DNA of 64,000 nt from Minisyncoccia bacterium (lineage in GTDB: Bacteria > Patescibacteriota > Minisyncoccia > SW-4-49-11). The position numbers and the translations under genes were made by a program. The stretch is from the NCBI GenBank assembly GCA_044356725.1, contig JBIKVS010000004.1, positions 1-64,000 of the forward strand, read 5' to 3'. The notes below the pieces were generated by a model. It did not search any database, was not told the DNA's origin, and saw only the letters and a list, made by a program, of their open reading frames with translations. Position 1 is the stretch's first letter; every line of letters starts with the position of its first letter. This document shows positions 19,226 through 28,124 of this stretch, piece after piece.

Positions 19226-19490
19226 TATCATACCTTTAGCAGTTAACAAAAGAGCCCACCCTCTTCGGACGGTGGGCTTTTTCATTTCGGGCGACTTAAA
19301 GGTCGCCCCTACGTGAGTTAAAACTATTTAGAATAAAACATAAAATAATAGCAAAATATAAAATTTTATAAAAATAAGTAAATAAGCTATTATATTGGCA
19401 AAGTAGAGATAATGATTATAAATAAATCACAACACATCTTGACAAAATGGGGGAGGTGTGGTATGGTGTTTAGGTTGTTGCATAAGTTTC

Positions 19491-19790
19491 ATGTCCCTAC
19501 AAGAAATTCACTCCCGCGCTATGGTACAAGCAGCCCGTGCTAGGAGTGAAGTTACAAAAGCTCGATGTGCTTTAGATGATTGTGTTTTAGCTATTAAGGC
19601 CAAAGATGCCGACGCCTTTTACAAAGCCCGTGTAGATTTTTTCAGACACCTCGATTTACTTACCATTGTAGCTCAAACTTCCTGTCAAGCCTGTTATGTA
19701 GCCCAAGATTTTTGGGAGGAACTTGGAACAAAATATAATAAACTCGCCTTATTCGAGGATGCCCGTACTACATTTGGGCACACTGACTAG
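19491..19790 (+). CDS. Orphan helical protein in a stand-alone unit
   Basis: TTGACA(19439)-17-TATGGT, start MSLQEIH, terminator CCCCCA..TGGGGGTCTTTTT at about 19793-19819. Confidence 0.6.
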   Translation: MSLQEIHSRAMVQAARARSEVTKARCALDDCVLAIKAKDADAFYKARVDFFRHLDLLTIVAQTSCQACYVAQDFWEELGTKYNKLALFEDARTTFGHTD

Positions 19791-19882
19791 GGGCCCCCAC
19801 CACCATGGGGGTCTTTTTTCTTTTCTCCCTATCTCCACATTTCCCTAAAAACTGAATCTATGATATACTAAAACCCATAACT

Positions 19883-19956
19883 GGCTCCATGGCCGAGAAG
19901 TTAGGCACGGGTCTGCAAAACCCTCTACAGCAGTGCGAGTCTGCTTGGAGCCTCCA
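19883..19956 (+). tRNA. tRNA-Cys(GCA)
   Basis: GGCTCCA/TGGAGCC acceptor stem, loop CTGCAAA, U discriminator plus CCA. Confidence 0.9.
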
Positions 19957-20000
19957 TCAGTTAGCTTTATTTGATATCAAAATTATAAATTATTAACCAA

Positions 20001-22004
20001 ATGTCCAAAGAGAAAATACATCCAATTTTAAGTGGTTTGAATGACAAACAACTCGAAGCGGCTCAAACTATTGAAGGTCCGGTTTTGGTGTTAGCTGGAG
20101 CTGGGTCTGGTAAAACCTCAACTTTGACTAAGCGAATTGCTTATATGGTGGCTAAAGGGATTGATCCATATAATATTCTGGCTGTTACCTTTACCAATAA
20201 GGCTGCCAAGGAGATGAAAGAGCGAATTAGTCATTTGTTAGAGACTTCTTTTGATGGCTATGTACCCAATATGCCGATGGTTGGTACTTTTCACTCGGTT
20301 TGTCTGAATATTCTACATCGAGAGGCTGGAGCTTTAGGTTATGATAAGTCGTTTCTAATCTATGATACTGGGGATAGTCAAAATATTATAAAAGATTTAC
20401 TTAAGAAGAGAGATATTTCAAAAGAGCAAGTCAAACCGGCTACTATTCAGAATCTTATCTCTAAGGCGAAGAATAATTTAGTCACTGCTACTCAATTTGC
20501 TACTTATAACCCCACTAGCCCGCTAGAGGAGCTGACTATTGAATTATATCAGGAGTATCAGAAGCAGTTGCGGAAGAATAATGCTATGGACTTTGATGAT
20601 ATTATTATGAATACGGTTGTTTTATTCAAAGAATATACTGATGTGCTAGCCAAATATCAGGAGAGATTTAGGTATATTATGATTGATGAGTATCAGGATA
20701 CCAATCAGGCTCAGTATGAATTGGTAAAGTTATTGGCTAACAAGTATAAGAATTTATGTGTGGTTGGAGATGACTTTCAAGCTATTTATTCTTGGAGAGG
20801 GGCTGATTTTAAGAATATATTAAATTTTGAGAAAGATTATAAAAATACTAAAGTTGTACTCTTAGAGCAGAATTATCGCTCGACTCAGATTATTTTGGAT
20901 GCGGCTAATCAGGTAATTGATAAGAATACACAAAAAAAGGATAAAAATCTTTGGACAGATAAAGAATCAGGAGATCTTATTCAGTTGGTAGAAGCTGAAA
21001 ATGAGTATCAGGAGAGTATGTTTGTGGCAAGAACCATCAAAGATTTGGTGGGCAGGAACAAATACTCTCTATCTAGCTTTGCTTGTCTATATAGGACTAA
21101 TGCTCAGTCTCGAGCTTTGGAAGAGGCTTTTTTACAACTTAGAATCCCCTATCAAATTGTAGGTGGGACGAAATTCTATGAGCGAGCAGAGATCAAAGAC
21201 TTGTTAGCTTATCTTAAGTTTATTTATAATAATAATGACACGGCTTCTTTTCGGCGAATTATCAATGTACCTAAAAGGTCAGTTGGTAAGGCTAGTGTAG
21301 AGAAAATTTTATTAGCCTATTCTGAGATTAATGATGCTGATGCTAATGTCAATTTAATTCAATTATTGACTGAACCAGAGGCTTTCTCCCTCAAGCTAAC
21401 AGGTAAGGCTAAAAGTGGAATTCTAGCCTTCTGTGAGCAAATTATGGAGCTTAGAGGGTATTTTGAAAAAGAAAAGTATAATTTATCCCAATTAGTGGCA
21501 GATATTATTAAAATTACCAAATATACTAGTCATTGGGAGAAGAACAAAGAAAATGAAGCCAGAATTGAGTATATTGAGGAATTATTCACGGTCACTCAGA
21601 AGTTCGATAATCTGCCCGTTGAGGAGGCTTTATATGAGTTTTTACAAGAGACGGCTTTACTCTCGGATATTGATGGTATGCAGGCTAGTCAAACCGTCAC
21701 TTTGATGACTTATCATGCGGCTAAAGGTCTGGAATTCCCTGTTGTGTTTATGATTGGTATGGAAGAAGGTATACTCCCCCACTCTCGTAGCCTAGTCTCA
21801 CATAAAGAGTTGGAAGAGGAGAGAAGATTATGCTATGTAGGTATTACTAGAGCCAAAGATAAACTATATATGACATATACTCAGTTGAGGCGAATTTTTG
21901 GACAAATTCAATCTAATCCATCCTCAAGATTTATCAATGAAATCCCGGATCATCTTTTAGAACAATTATCTCTCACCTATACTGATTATGACCCTGAGTG
22001 GTAA
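20001..22004 (+). CDS. pcrA: UvrD/PcrA ATP-dependent DNA helicase
   Basis: LAGAGSGKT, IDEYQDTN, VGDDFQAIYSWRGA, LEQNYRST, HAAKGLEF, EERRLCYVGITRA. Confidence 0.95.
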   Translation: MSKEKIHPILSGLNDKQLEAAQTIEGPVLVLAGAGSGKTSTLTKRIAYMVAKGIDPYNILAVTFTNKAAKEMKERISHLLETSFDGYVPNMPMVGTFHSVCLNILHREAGALGYDKSFLIYDTGDSQNIIKDLLKKRDISKEQVKPATIQNLISKAKNNLVTATQFATYNPTSPLEELTIELYQEYQKQLRKNNAMDFDDIIMNTVVLFKEYTDVLAKYQERFRYIMIDEYQDTNQAQYELVKLLANKYKNLCVVGDDFQAIYSWRGADFKNILNFEKDYKNTKVVLLEQNYRSTQIILDAANQVIDKNTQKKDKNLWTDKESGDLIQLVEAENEYQESMFVARTIKDLVGRNKYSLSSFACLYRTNAQSRALEEAFLQLRIPYQIVGGTKFYERAEIKDLLAYLKFIYNNNDTASFRRIINVPKRSVGKASVEKILLAYSEINDADANVNLIQLLTEPEAFSLKLTGKAKSGILAFCEQIMELRGYFEKEKYNLSQLVADIIKITKYTSHWEKNKENEARIEYIEELFTVTQKFDNLPVEEALYEFLQETALLSDIDGMQASQTVTLMTYHAAKGLEFPVVFMIGMEEGILPHSRSLVSHKELEEERRLCYVGITRAKDKLYMTYTQLRRIFGQIQSNPSSRFINEIPDHLLEQLSLTYTDYDPEW

Positions 22005-22009
22005 GAGGT

Positions 22010-22162
22010 CAATTATAAGTTATGAATGGTGAATTATAATTAAATTCCCCTCTTGAGGGGTGGCAGGCTTTGCCTGACGGGGTGGAAAATAAACTAAAAT
22101 ATTTATAAAAAAGAGCAAGCACACTCCACCCCACCTTACAGGCACCCCTCAAGAGGGGAATT
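22010..22162. repeat. Heptamer tract plus inverted pair of family B elements
   Basis: TTCCCCTCTTGAGGGGTGGCAGGCTTTGCCTGACGGGGTGGA ... TCCACCCCACC..CACCCCTCAAGAGGGGAA. Confidence 0.75.
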
Positions 22163-22279
22163 TTTAGGAGGAACAAAATTCCTACGACTATTATATGTAT
22201 AACAGTTTAGTACAAAGATGAGAAGCGGGCTTTTTTCTTGCAAAAACTTATAATATTTGTTATAATCTTGAATGATAAT

Positions 22280-22353
22280 GTCTCTGTAGCTCAATTGGAT
22301 AGAGCAACAGCCTTCTAAGCTGTAGGTTATTGGTTCGATCCCAATCGGAGACA
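22280..22353 (+). tRNA. tRNA-Arg(TCT)
   Basis: GTCTCTG/CGGAGAC acceptor stem, ACAGC-CTTCTAA-GCTGT anticodon arm, GTTCGATC T-loop. Confidence 0.92.
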
Positions 22354-22612
22354 CCCCCAGAAAGTGAGATGAAATTAGAAATCGAATAAGAAATTAAAAT
22401 ATCAGATTAAAAAGGATCGAACTGGGAAGGGGTCGGGAAACGGGAGTTTCCTGAGTAGGAAGGCAACGAGGTCAAAGACCGAGTGTTGGAAACCGTGGGT
22501 TTCCAAGGAGCTATAGCGATTGAGATGCCCAATCGGAGACACCCCCAGAAAGGAAGATAAAATTAGAAATCGAATATTAAAAGGATCGAACTGGGAGGGG
22601 GTCGGGAAACTC
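22340..22612. mobile_element. Miniature element at the tRNA-Arg 3' end
   Basis: 25-bp direct repeat CCCAATCGGAGACACCCCCAGAAAG at 22340-22364 and 22528-22552; inverted T-loop GGATCGAAC; GGGAAGGGGTCGGGAAAC core. Confidence 0.65.
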
Positions 22613-22634
22613 AACTCTCTTAATAAACATAAAT

Positions 22635-23975
22635 ATGGCATATACTGAAAGACTAAAAACTATTCAAGATGTAGCTAAAACCCCATACAATTTAGCTCAA
22701 ACAGATTCTTGGAAATTGTTCAAGGTTATGGCTGAATTTGTAGAGGGTTATGACTTGATGTCTAAATATAAAAATGAAGTCACTATTTTTGGTTCAGCCA
22801 GAACCCATGAAGGAGATGAATATTATATTAAAGCTCGTAAATTAGGAGAAATTTTAGGGCTTAATAACTTTACTGTTATCACAGGAGGAGGCCCAGGAAT
22901 TATGGAGGCAGCTAATCGGGGAGCTTTTCAAGTAAAAGGAACTTCAATTGGGCTTGGGATTGAACTCCCAATGGAGCAAAGAATTAACCCCTATGTGACA
23001 GATTCGGTAGATTTTAGTTATTTCTTTACCCGTAAAGTGATGCTTACAACCCCTTCTCAGGCCTTTGTGTATTTCCCTGGAGGATATGGTACTCTGGATG
23101 AACTATTCCAAGTTTTGAATGAAATGGCTTTGGGATTTATTCAAAAAGTTCCAGTTATTTTGGTAGGTATAGAGTTCTGGACACCTTTAGTAGATTTTCT
23201 TAACAATACTTGTCATCAAATACTAGGAGCTATTAAGGCTGAGGATTTAGCTATGCTGCAAGTAGTAGAAACTGCAGAAGAAGCCTATGATATTATTAAA
23301 AATACAGAAGATCACCCTAACTTTCTAGATAATATATCTAATACTACAAATCAGGTTGCTAGTGTAAACTGGAGGATATTTCGTATTATGGCTGAATTAG
23401 TAGAGGGGTTAGATTTTTTACAAAATTTACCGAAGAATATAACTATTTTAGGGAGTAATAAAGTCTCAAGAGAAAGTCATTATTATGAGGATGTGTACCA
23501 TATTGCACAACAAACAATCAAGCATGACTTTAGCATATTAACTGGAGGAGGGTTTGGAGTTGCTGAAGCTGCAAACAAAGCCTCGTCTGAAGCTAAAAAA
23601 CCAGCTTATGCTACTCTGCTCAATCAAGCTGGTAAAACAATGAATCAGTATGTTAGTGATTCTATCCACTTTAGATTTCCATTTACTAGGCAATTTATTC
23701 TCACTGGGCCTACTAATCAATATTTATTTTGCCCAGGAGGTTTAGGGACATTACATCAATTGTTTGAAGTTTTGACACTAGTGCAAACACATAAAGTAGA
23801 CCCTACACCCTTAATTTTGTATGATGATAAGTTTTGGTGCCCCTTAGTTAATTATATAAAAGAGGTTTTGGATCAAAAATATAGAACTATTAGTCCAGCT
23901 GATTTGAATTTATTCCAAGTAACTTCTAGTCGAGATGAGGTTATAGATATGATAGTCAAGAATAGTCAGGGATAA
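22635..23975 (+). CDS. LOG family (TIGR00730 Rossmann-fold) protein with two tandem domains
   Basis: TIFGSART, TGGGPGIMEAANRGA, PGGYGTLDE; second domain WRIFRIMAE..TGGGFGVAEAAN..PGGLGTLHQ. Confidence 0.9.
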   Translation: MAYTERLKTIQDVAKTPYNLAQTDSWKLFKVMAEFVEGYDLMSKYKNEVTIFGSARTHEGDEYYIKARKLGEILGLNNFTVITGGGPGIMEAANRGAFQVKGTSIGLGIELPMEQRINPYVTDSVDFSYFFTRKVMLTTPSQAFVYFPGGYGTLDELFQVLNEMALGFIQKVPVILVGIEFWTPLVDFLNNTCHQILGAIKAEDLAMLQVVETAEEAYDIIKNTEDHPNFLDNISNTTNQVASVNWRIFRIMAELVEGLDFLQNLPKNITILGSNKVSRESHYYEDVYHIAQQTIKHDFSILTGGGFGVAEAANKASSEAKKPAYATLLNQAGKTMNQYVSDSIHFRFPFTRQFILTGPTNQYLFCPGGLGTLHQLFEVLTLVQTHKVDPTPLILYDDKFWCPLVNYIKEVLDQKYRTISPADLNLFQVTSSRDEVIDMIVKNSQG

Positions 23976-24167
23976 TTGTGAACGGTGAATCAAATACTGT
24001 CATTATTGTAGAAAATATATAACAAAATAAAAACATATAATATAAGTATATATAACAACTAAGCATATAAACTGCAAGTAAATTTAATAAGTAAAAACAG
24101 AATTTATTGACAAAATTAGGAAAATGTGGTACAAGTATTTTGTTGTACCTTTCCCATTGAAACGGTA

Positions 24168-24398
24168 ATGAATATCAAATAAATCGAAAAAACTAGACTA
24201 GCTCACGGGTGGGCTAGTCTGCGGTTCATCACAGCAGGGGTAGGTTGTATTATACTCATACTTGTTATTGGATTCTTTGTTGATCCATATGGACCACATA
24301 GGAGAGTAGCTCAAGTATCCATCCTAGCCAGCATGATGTTGGCAGGAGCCTGTATTTATAAGGGGTACCGCTCTTTGGAACGGTCACGAATATGTTGA
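24168..24398 (+). pseudogene. Two-TM orphan ORF with in-frame TAA at codon 5, stand-alone unit
   Basis: TTGACA(24107) promoter; MNIK*IEKTRLAHGWASLRFITAGVGCIILILVIGFFVD..VSILASMMLAGACIY..*; terminator at about 24416-24446. Confidence 0.5.
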
Positions 24399-24528
24399 CG
24401 TTCTCTAATCCTTTCTCCTCCGTCACAAGTTGGCGGGGTTTTTTTATAGTACATACATTTGCAATTTGTAGATATTTTTGGTAGAATATGGATTATTGAA
24501 CATTATAATCCTAAGAGAAGCATTGTGT

Positions 24529-24603
24529 GGTGGCCATAGTTTAATGGTAAAACTTCGGGTTGTGGTTCCGACATTACGGGTTCAATTCCCGTTGGCCACC
24601 CCA
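24529..24603 (+). tRNA. tRNA-His(GTG)
   Basis: G-1, GTGGCCA/TGGCCAC stem, loop TTGTGGT, CCA end. Confidence 0.92.
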
Positions 24604-24654
24604 GAGTGTTGCTCTTGCTAAATTCCAAGAACATTGCTATAATGATTCAATCAT

Positions 24655-24732
24655 GGGGGCGTAGCTCAGTCGGTTTAGAGCGTCTGCCTGTCACGCAGAA
24701 GGTCGCCGGTTCGAGCCCGGTCGTCCCCGCCA
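24655..24732 (+). tRNA. tRNA-Asp(GTC)
   Basis: GGGGGCG/CGTCCCC stem, loop CTGTCAC, GCCA end. Confidence 0.95.
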
Positions 24733-24960
24733 AGAAAAGAAGAGGCATCAATTAAGCCTCTTTTTATTTTGGCGGGGACGAGTATGGGAAAGGGGTCGGG
24801 AAAACGGGAGTTTTCCCGTGGCGGAAATACCAAAACCGAGGGGTTTTGGAAAATGTATACATTTTGGGAATCCCCGCCAAGAAGAAAACGGGTTTTATCC
24901 CGTTTTCTTATTCGCATAGCGGTCGGTTGTGGGAAGGGCTCGGGAAAACGGGAGTTTCTC
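24724..24960. mobile_element. Miniature element at the tRNA-Asp 3' end
   Basis: Inverted tRNA end TTGGCGGGGACGA 24769-24781, core GGGAAAGGGGTCGGGAAAACGGGAGTTTTCCC, direct copy TCCCCGCCAAGAA 24871-24883, second partial core at about 24930-24958. Confidence 0.6.
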
Positions 24961-24977
24961 ATGGCGTCTGTTTTAAA

Positions 24978-25345
24978 ATTCCCCTCTTGAGGGGTGGACA
25001 GCTCTGCTGGACGGGGTGGATAATAATTAGTCTATATTTTAAATAAAAATTATAACTCTATCTACCCTCGCCCGTCGCAAATGGGATTTGCTCCTGTGAA
25101 ACCTCACGGTTTCCCAACCTTCCTCAACGGGAAAACTCACCATTTCCACTAATCCCCCTAAAACCCTGTCTCGGACACCTTAGGTTTCCGACACTCGGAG
25201 GTAAACTCCTCGTAGCCTTCCTACTTAGGGGGATTACTTACCCTTTCCCAAAGGATAAGGCCTTTTTATAGGTACTCCCTCCGCCTGCCTCCCGTAGGGA
25301 TGGAAGAGAGACAAAATGCAGGCGACAAAAGGTCGCCCCTACAAA
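24978..25345. repeat. Mosaic repeat region (family B, reversed tRNA-element-like core, family C)
   Basis: 25072-25270 matches 60755-60880 (CCGTCGCAAATGG.ATTTGCTCCTG.GAAACCTCAC...CCCTTTCCCAAAGG). Confidence 0.7.
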
Positions 25346-25413
25346 GTGCAAATGCTACGAAACTATATTCAAATAAATAAAAAAACCAGCTTAGTGGCTG
25401 GTCTAAGGAACGA

Positions 25414-25566
25414 TTATCCCTGATGGCAAAGCCAATTATTGTAGGCAATTTGAAATGAATGTTTATCGATATACTCCTTTTCCTGAGGAGGTATGTCTCT
25501 AAGAAATGTTCTTTCTAAACGAACTATAGCGTGTAGAATGGGTTCGGAGATAGAGTTGTCAGGCAC
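25414..25566 (-). CDS. 50-aa orphan protein in a stand-alone unit (GTG start)
   Basis: TTGACA(25620-25615)-17-CATACT; MPDNSISEPILHAIVRLERTFLRDIPPQEKEYIDKHSFQIAYNNWLCHQG*; terminator ACCAGCCACTAAGCTGGTTTTTT. Confidence 0.5.
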   Translation of the reverse strand: MPDNSISEPILHAIVRLERTFLRDIPPQEKEYIDKHSFQIAYNNWLCHQG

Positions 25567-25692
25567 AGCTTAAGGTTCAGAGGATAACAACAGTATGCCA
25601 AATGGTAAATAAAATGTCAATATTAATAACGCTTATAGACAATACAATCATAAAAGGTATATAATACAAGTGTAATATTTATTACTACAACT

Positions 25693-26118
25693 ATGAAAAT
25701 GATTGAAGACAAGGGAAAACAACCAGCAGTATTTAATCTAGAAGAATTAGTAATTGAAAATCAAGCCTATCGTCAGACAATTTGGACAGGAGATAAGATG
25801 CAGGTGACAGTGATGTCTATCCCTGTGGGCGGAGAAATTGGCCTTGAGGCACATCATAATATTGAACAGTTTATAAGAGTAGACCAAGGACAAGGAAAGG
25901 TATATATGGGGCAAAATCGGGATAATTTAGATTTTGTAAAAGATATTAGTGATGGTTATTCGGTACATGTACCAGCTGAGATATTTCATAATATAGTCAA
26001 TACAGGCTCTGAACCTCTACAACTATACTCTATTTATGCAGAACCAGAACATCCTTTTGGAACTGTGCATTTAACCAAAGCAGAAGCTGATGCTGCTGAA
26101 GAACATCATCACGAGTAG
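25693..26118 (+). CDS. Cupin domain protein
   Basis: YRQTIWTG..MQVTVMSIPVGGEIGLEAH..EQFIRV..G.G, HNIVNTG..PLQLYSIYA.PEH. Confidence 0.9.
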   Translation: MKMIEDKGKQPAVFNLEELVIENQAYRQTIWTGDKMQVTVMSIPVGGEIGLEAHHNIEQFIRVDQGQGKVYMGQNRDNLDFVKDISDGYSVHVPAEIFHNIVNTGSEPLQLYSIYAEPEHPFGTVHLTKAEADAAEEHHHE

Positions 26119-26145
26119 GGGGTAATTATAAACTTCGAATTTTTT

Positions 26146-26345
26146 GTCTCCCTTTGGAGGGAGTACCCGTAGGGGGAGGGAGGACAAAAAGCTCAAGTTT
26201 TAAAATACTTCCACCCCGTCCTGCTTAGCAGTCCACCCCTCAAGAGGGGAATTTAAGGCGACTGAAGGATCGCCCCTACGAAAACAATGTCGGCGAGGGC
26301 GCCGACTCTACAAAATTCACAATTTACCATTCACAATTCACCATT
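26146..26345. repeat. Mosaic of families A, B, C and heptamer tract
   Basis: Order A-spacer-B-C; spacer GACAAAAAGCTCAAGTTT.AAAATACTTCCACCCCGTCC is shared with 37313-37352. Confidence 0.8.
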
Positions 26346-26404
26346 ACTCTCTCCTCTTGCATAAAAAACCTAAATTTGATATACTCTAGTCTGTAATTAG
26401 ATTA

Positions 26405-26477
26405 GGGCCTGTAGCTCATATGGTAGAGCGCCTCGCTTGCACCGAGGAGGTGGCTGGTTCGATCCCAGTCAGGTCCA
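26405..26477 (+). tRNA. tRNA-Ala(TGC)
   Basis: GGGCCTG/CAGGTCC stem with G3:U70, loop CTTGCAC. Confidence 0.92.
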
Positions 26478-26481
26478 CAGT

Positions 26482-26928
26482 ATGAAAAATATTCATAAAG
26501 ATAAGTTGTGTGAGTTAGGAGATGGGATACTATGTCCTATTGCTATAATTGAAAAAGAAGGTAAAATTCTCACTGGCCTTCGACATTATAAATTACAGGA
26601 CACTGATACACTATCGGTATGGACATTGCCGGGAGGAAGATCAGAAATAGGGGAAACTATAGAACAAACCTTGCGACGAGAGGTTTTAGAAGAGGTTGGT
26701 ATTAATGAGTTGTATATTCAAGATTTTGTTGGACAAATTCCTGGTAGTAGTGATGGAGACAATGTATATATTTTTCATTGTACAACTGATCAAGAATCAA
26801 CCCTTATGGAGCCAGAAAAATTTTCTGAATGGCGATGGGTACCTATTAAAGAATATATAGAAAGTGAAATATATGGTAGTATAAATATATTAGTATATGA
26901 AACTATAAGAGATTATTTTCAAAAATAG
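26482..26928 (+). CDS. NUDIX hydrolase
   Basis: Nudix box LPGGRSEIGETIEQTLRREVLEEVG; start MKNIH just after tRNA-Ala. Confidence 0.9.
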   Translation: MKNIHKDKLCELGDGILCPIAIIEKEGKILTGLRHYKLQDTDTLSVWTLPGGRSEIGETIEQTLRREVLEEVGINELYIQDFVGQIPGSSDGDNVYIFHCTTDQESTLMEPEKFSEWRWVPIKEYIESEIYGSINILVYETIRDYFQK

Positions 26929-26934
26929 ATTTAT

Positions 26935-27564
26935 ATGAAAAACATATATTTTGTTAGGCACGGTGAGTCGGAAGGAAATCAAGCAAGACTTTATCAGTCG
27001 GCTGAGACTTCTTTATCTGAGAAAGGACATTCACAGGCTAAATTAATTGCGGATAGGTTTTCTAATATTGAAGTTGAAATTATTATCAGTAGTGACTATA
27101 CCCGAGCTAAACAAACTGCTGAGTATATTGCTCAAGTGACAGGTAAGGATATCATTGAGAACAGTTTATTTAGAGAAAGAAAAAGACCGTCTATTCAAGA
27201 GAATAAGAGTAAAAATATCCCAGAACTACAAGCGATAGACGAGAAAATTGAAAAAAATTGGGGGGGGGGAGAATGGAAATATTCAGATGAAGAAAACTTT
27301 GTAGATTTGAGGCAGAGAGCTAGAGAATGTTTTGAGTTTTTAGAAAATAGGATAGAAGATAATATTGTTGTAGTAACACATAAAAACTTTTTACATTGTC
27401 TGCTTTGGTATCGTTTATTTGGGTTAGAGGTGACGCCAAAAGAATCAAGGACTATAGTTAGTAATTTTATAATGAGTAATACCGGTATTGTCTGGATGCA
27501 ATATGATGAGGTTGAAAAATTTTGGAAAGTCGTCACTTGGAATGACCATGCCCATCTTGGGTAG
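26935..27564 (+). CDS. Histidine phosphatase (phosphoglycerate mutase family)
   Basis: FVRHGES, SSDYTRAKQTA, VVTH motifs. Confidence 0.92.
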   Translation: MKNIYFVRHGESEGNQARLYQSAETSLSEKGHSQAKLIADRFSNIEVEIIISSDYTRAKQTAEYIAQVTGKDIIENSLFRERKRPSIQENKSKNIPELQAIDEKIEKNWGGGEWKYSDEENFVDLRQRARECFEFLENRIEDNIVVVTHKNFLHCLLWYRLFGLEVTPKESRTIVSNFIMSNTGIVWMQYDEVEKFWKVVTWNDHAHLG

Positions 27565-27575
27565 AGTTACTAAAT

Positions 27576-28121
27576 ATGACTAAGGAAGATGTTATTAATT
27601 TAATTAGAGAAGACGAATGGATGATGCAAGTTTTGCATTTAGCGGAAGAACTTAATCTCCCAAACTGGTTTATTGGAGCTGGATTTATTCGAAATAAGGT
27701 TTGGGATCATCTACATGGATATCATAATGTAGAGGTAGACACAAAAGATATAGATTTAGTCTATTTTGATATAAAGGGAAATGACTATAGGTCTGATGAA
27801 AGTCTTTCAAAAAAACTAATAGAAGAAACCGGTATTAGATGGGAGATTATTAATGAAGTCTATGCTCATAAATTTAATAATAGACTGCCTTTTAAGTCAA
27901 CAGAAGATGCTATTTCATCTTGGCCAGAGACAGCTACTTGTATAGGAGTTAATTTGGATAGAGGTAAATTAACACTTTTAGCACCATATGGAATTAGTGA
28001 TATAGTTAATTTATGTATAAAGGTAAATCCAAAATTTCCAGATCATATAGAGTTGGTAAAATCTCGTGTTAAAGAGAAAAATTGGTTAGTAAAATGGCCT
28101 AAATTAACTCTTGAATTATAA
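27576..28121 (+). CDS. Nucleotidyltransferase family protein (DUF925-like)
   Basis: WFIGAGFIRNKVWD, DIDLVYFD, WPETAT.IGV, APYG, W..KWP. Confidence 0.85.
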   Translation: MTKEDVINLIREDEWMMQVLHLAEELNLPNWFIGAGFIRNKVWDHLHGYHNVEVDTKDIDLVYFDIKGNDYRSDESLSKKLIEETGIRWEIINEVYAHKFNNRLPFKSTEDAISSWPETATCIGVNLDRGKLTLLAPYGISDIVNLCIKVNPKFPDHIELVKSRVKEKNWLVKWPKLTLEL

Positions 28122-28124
28122 GTG

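Noticed and set aside
22340-22612. CRISPR array
   Set aside because: Only two copies of a tRNA-derived repeat 188 bp apart; no regular repeat-spacer periodicity or cas genes anywhere in the window
24675-25046. ORFs overlapping tRNA-Asp and its element (also 22136-22354, 22402-22641, 37247-37465, 48598-48918, 60765-61003)
   Set aside because: They translate tRNA or palindromic repeat sequence and show no protein motifs
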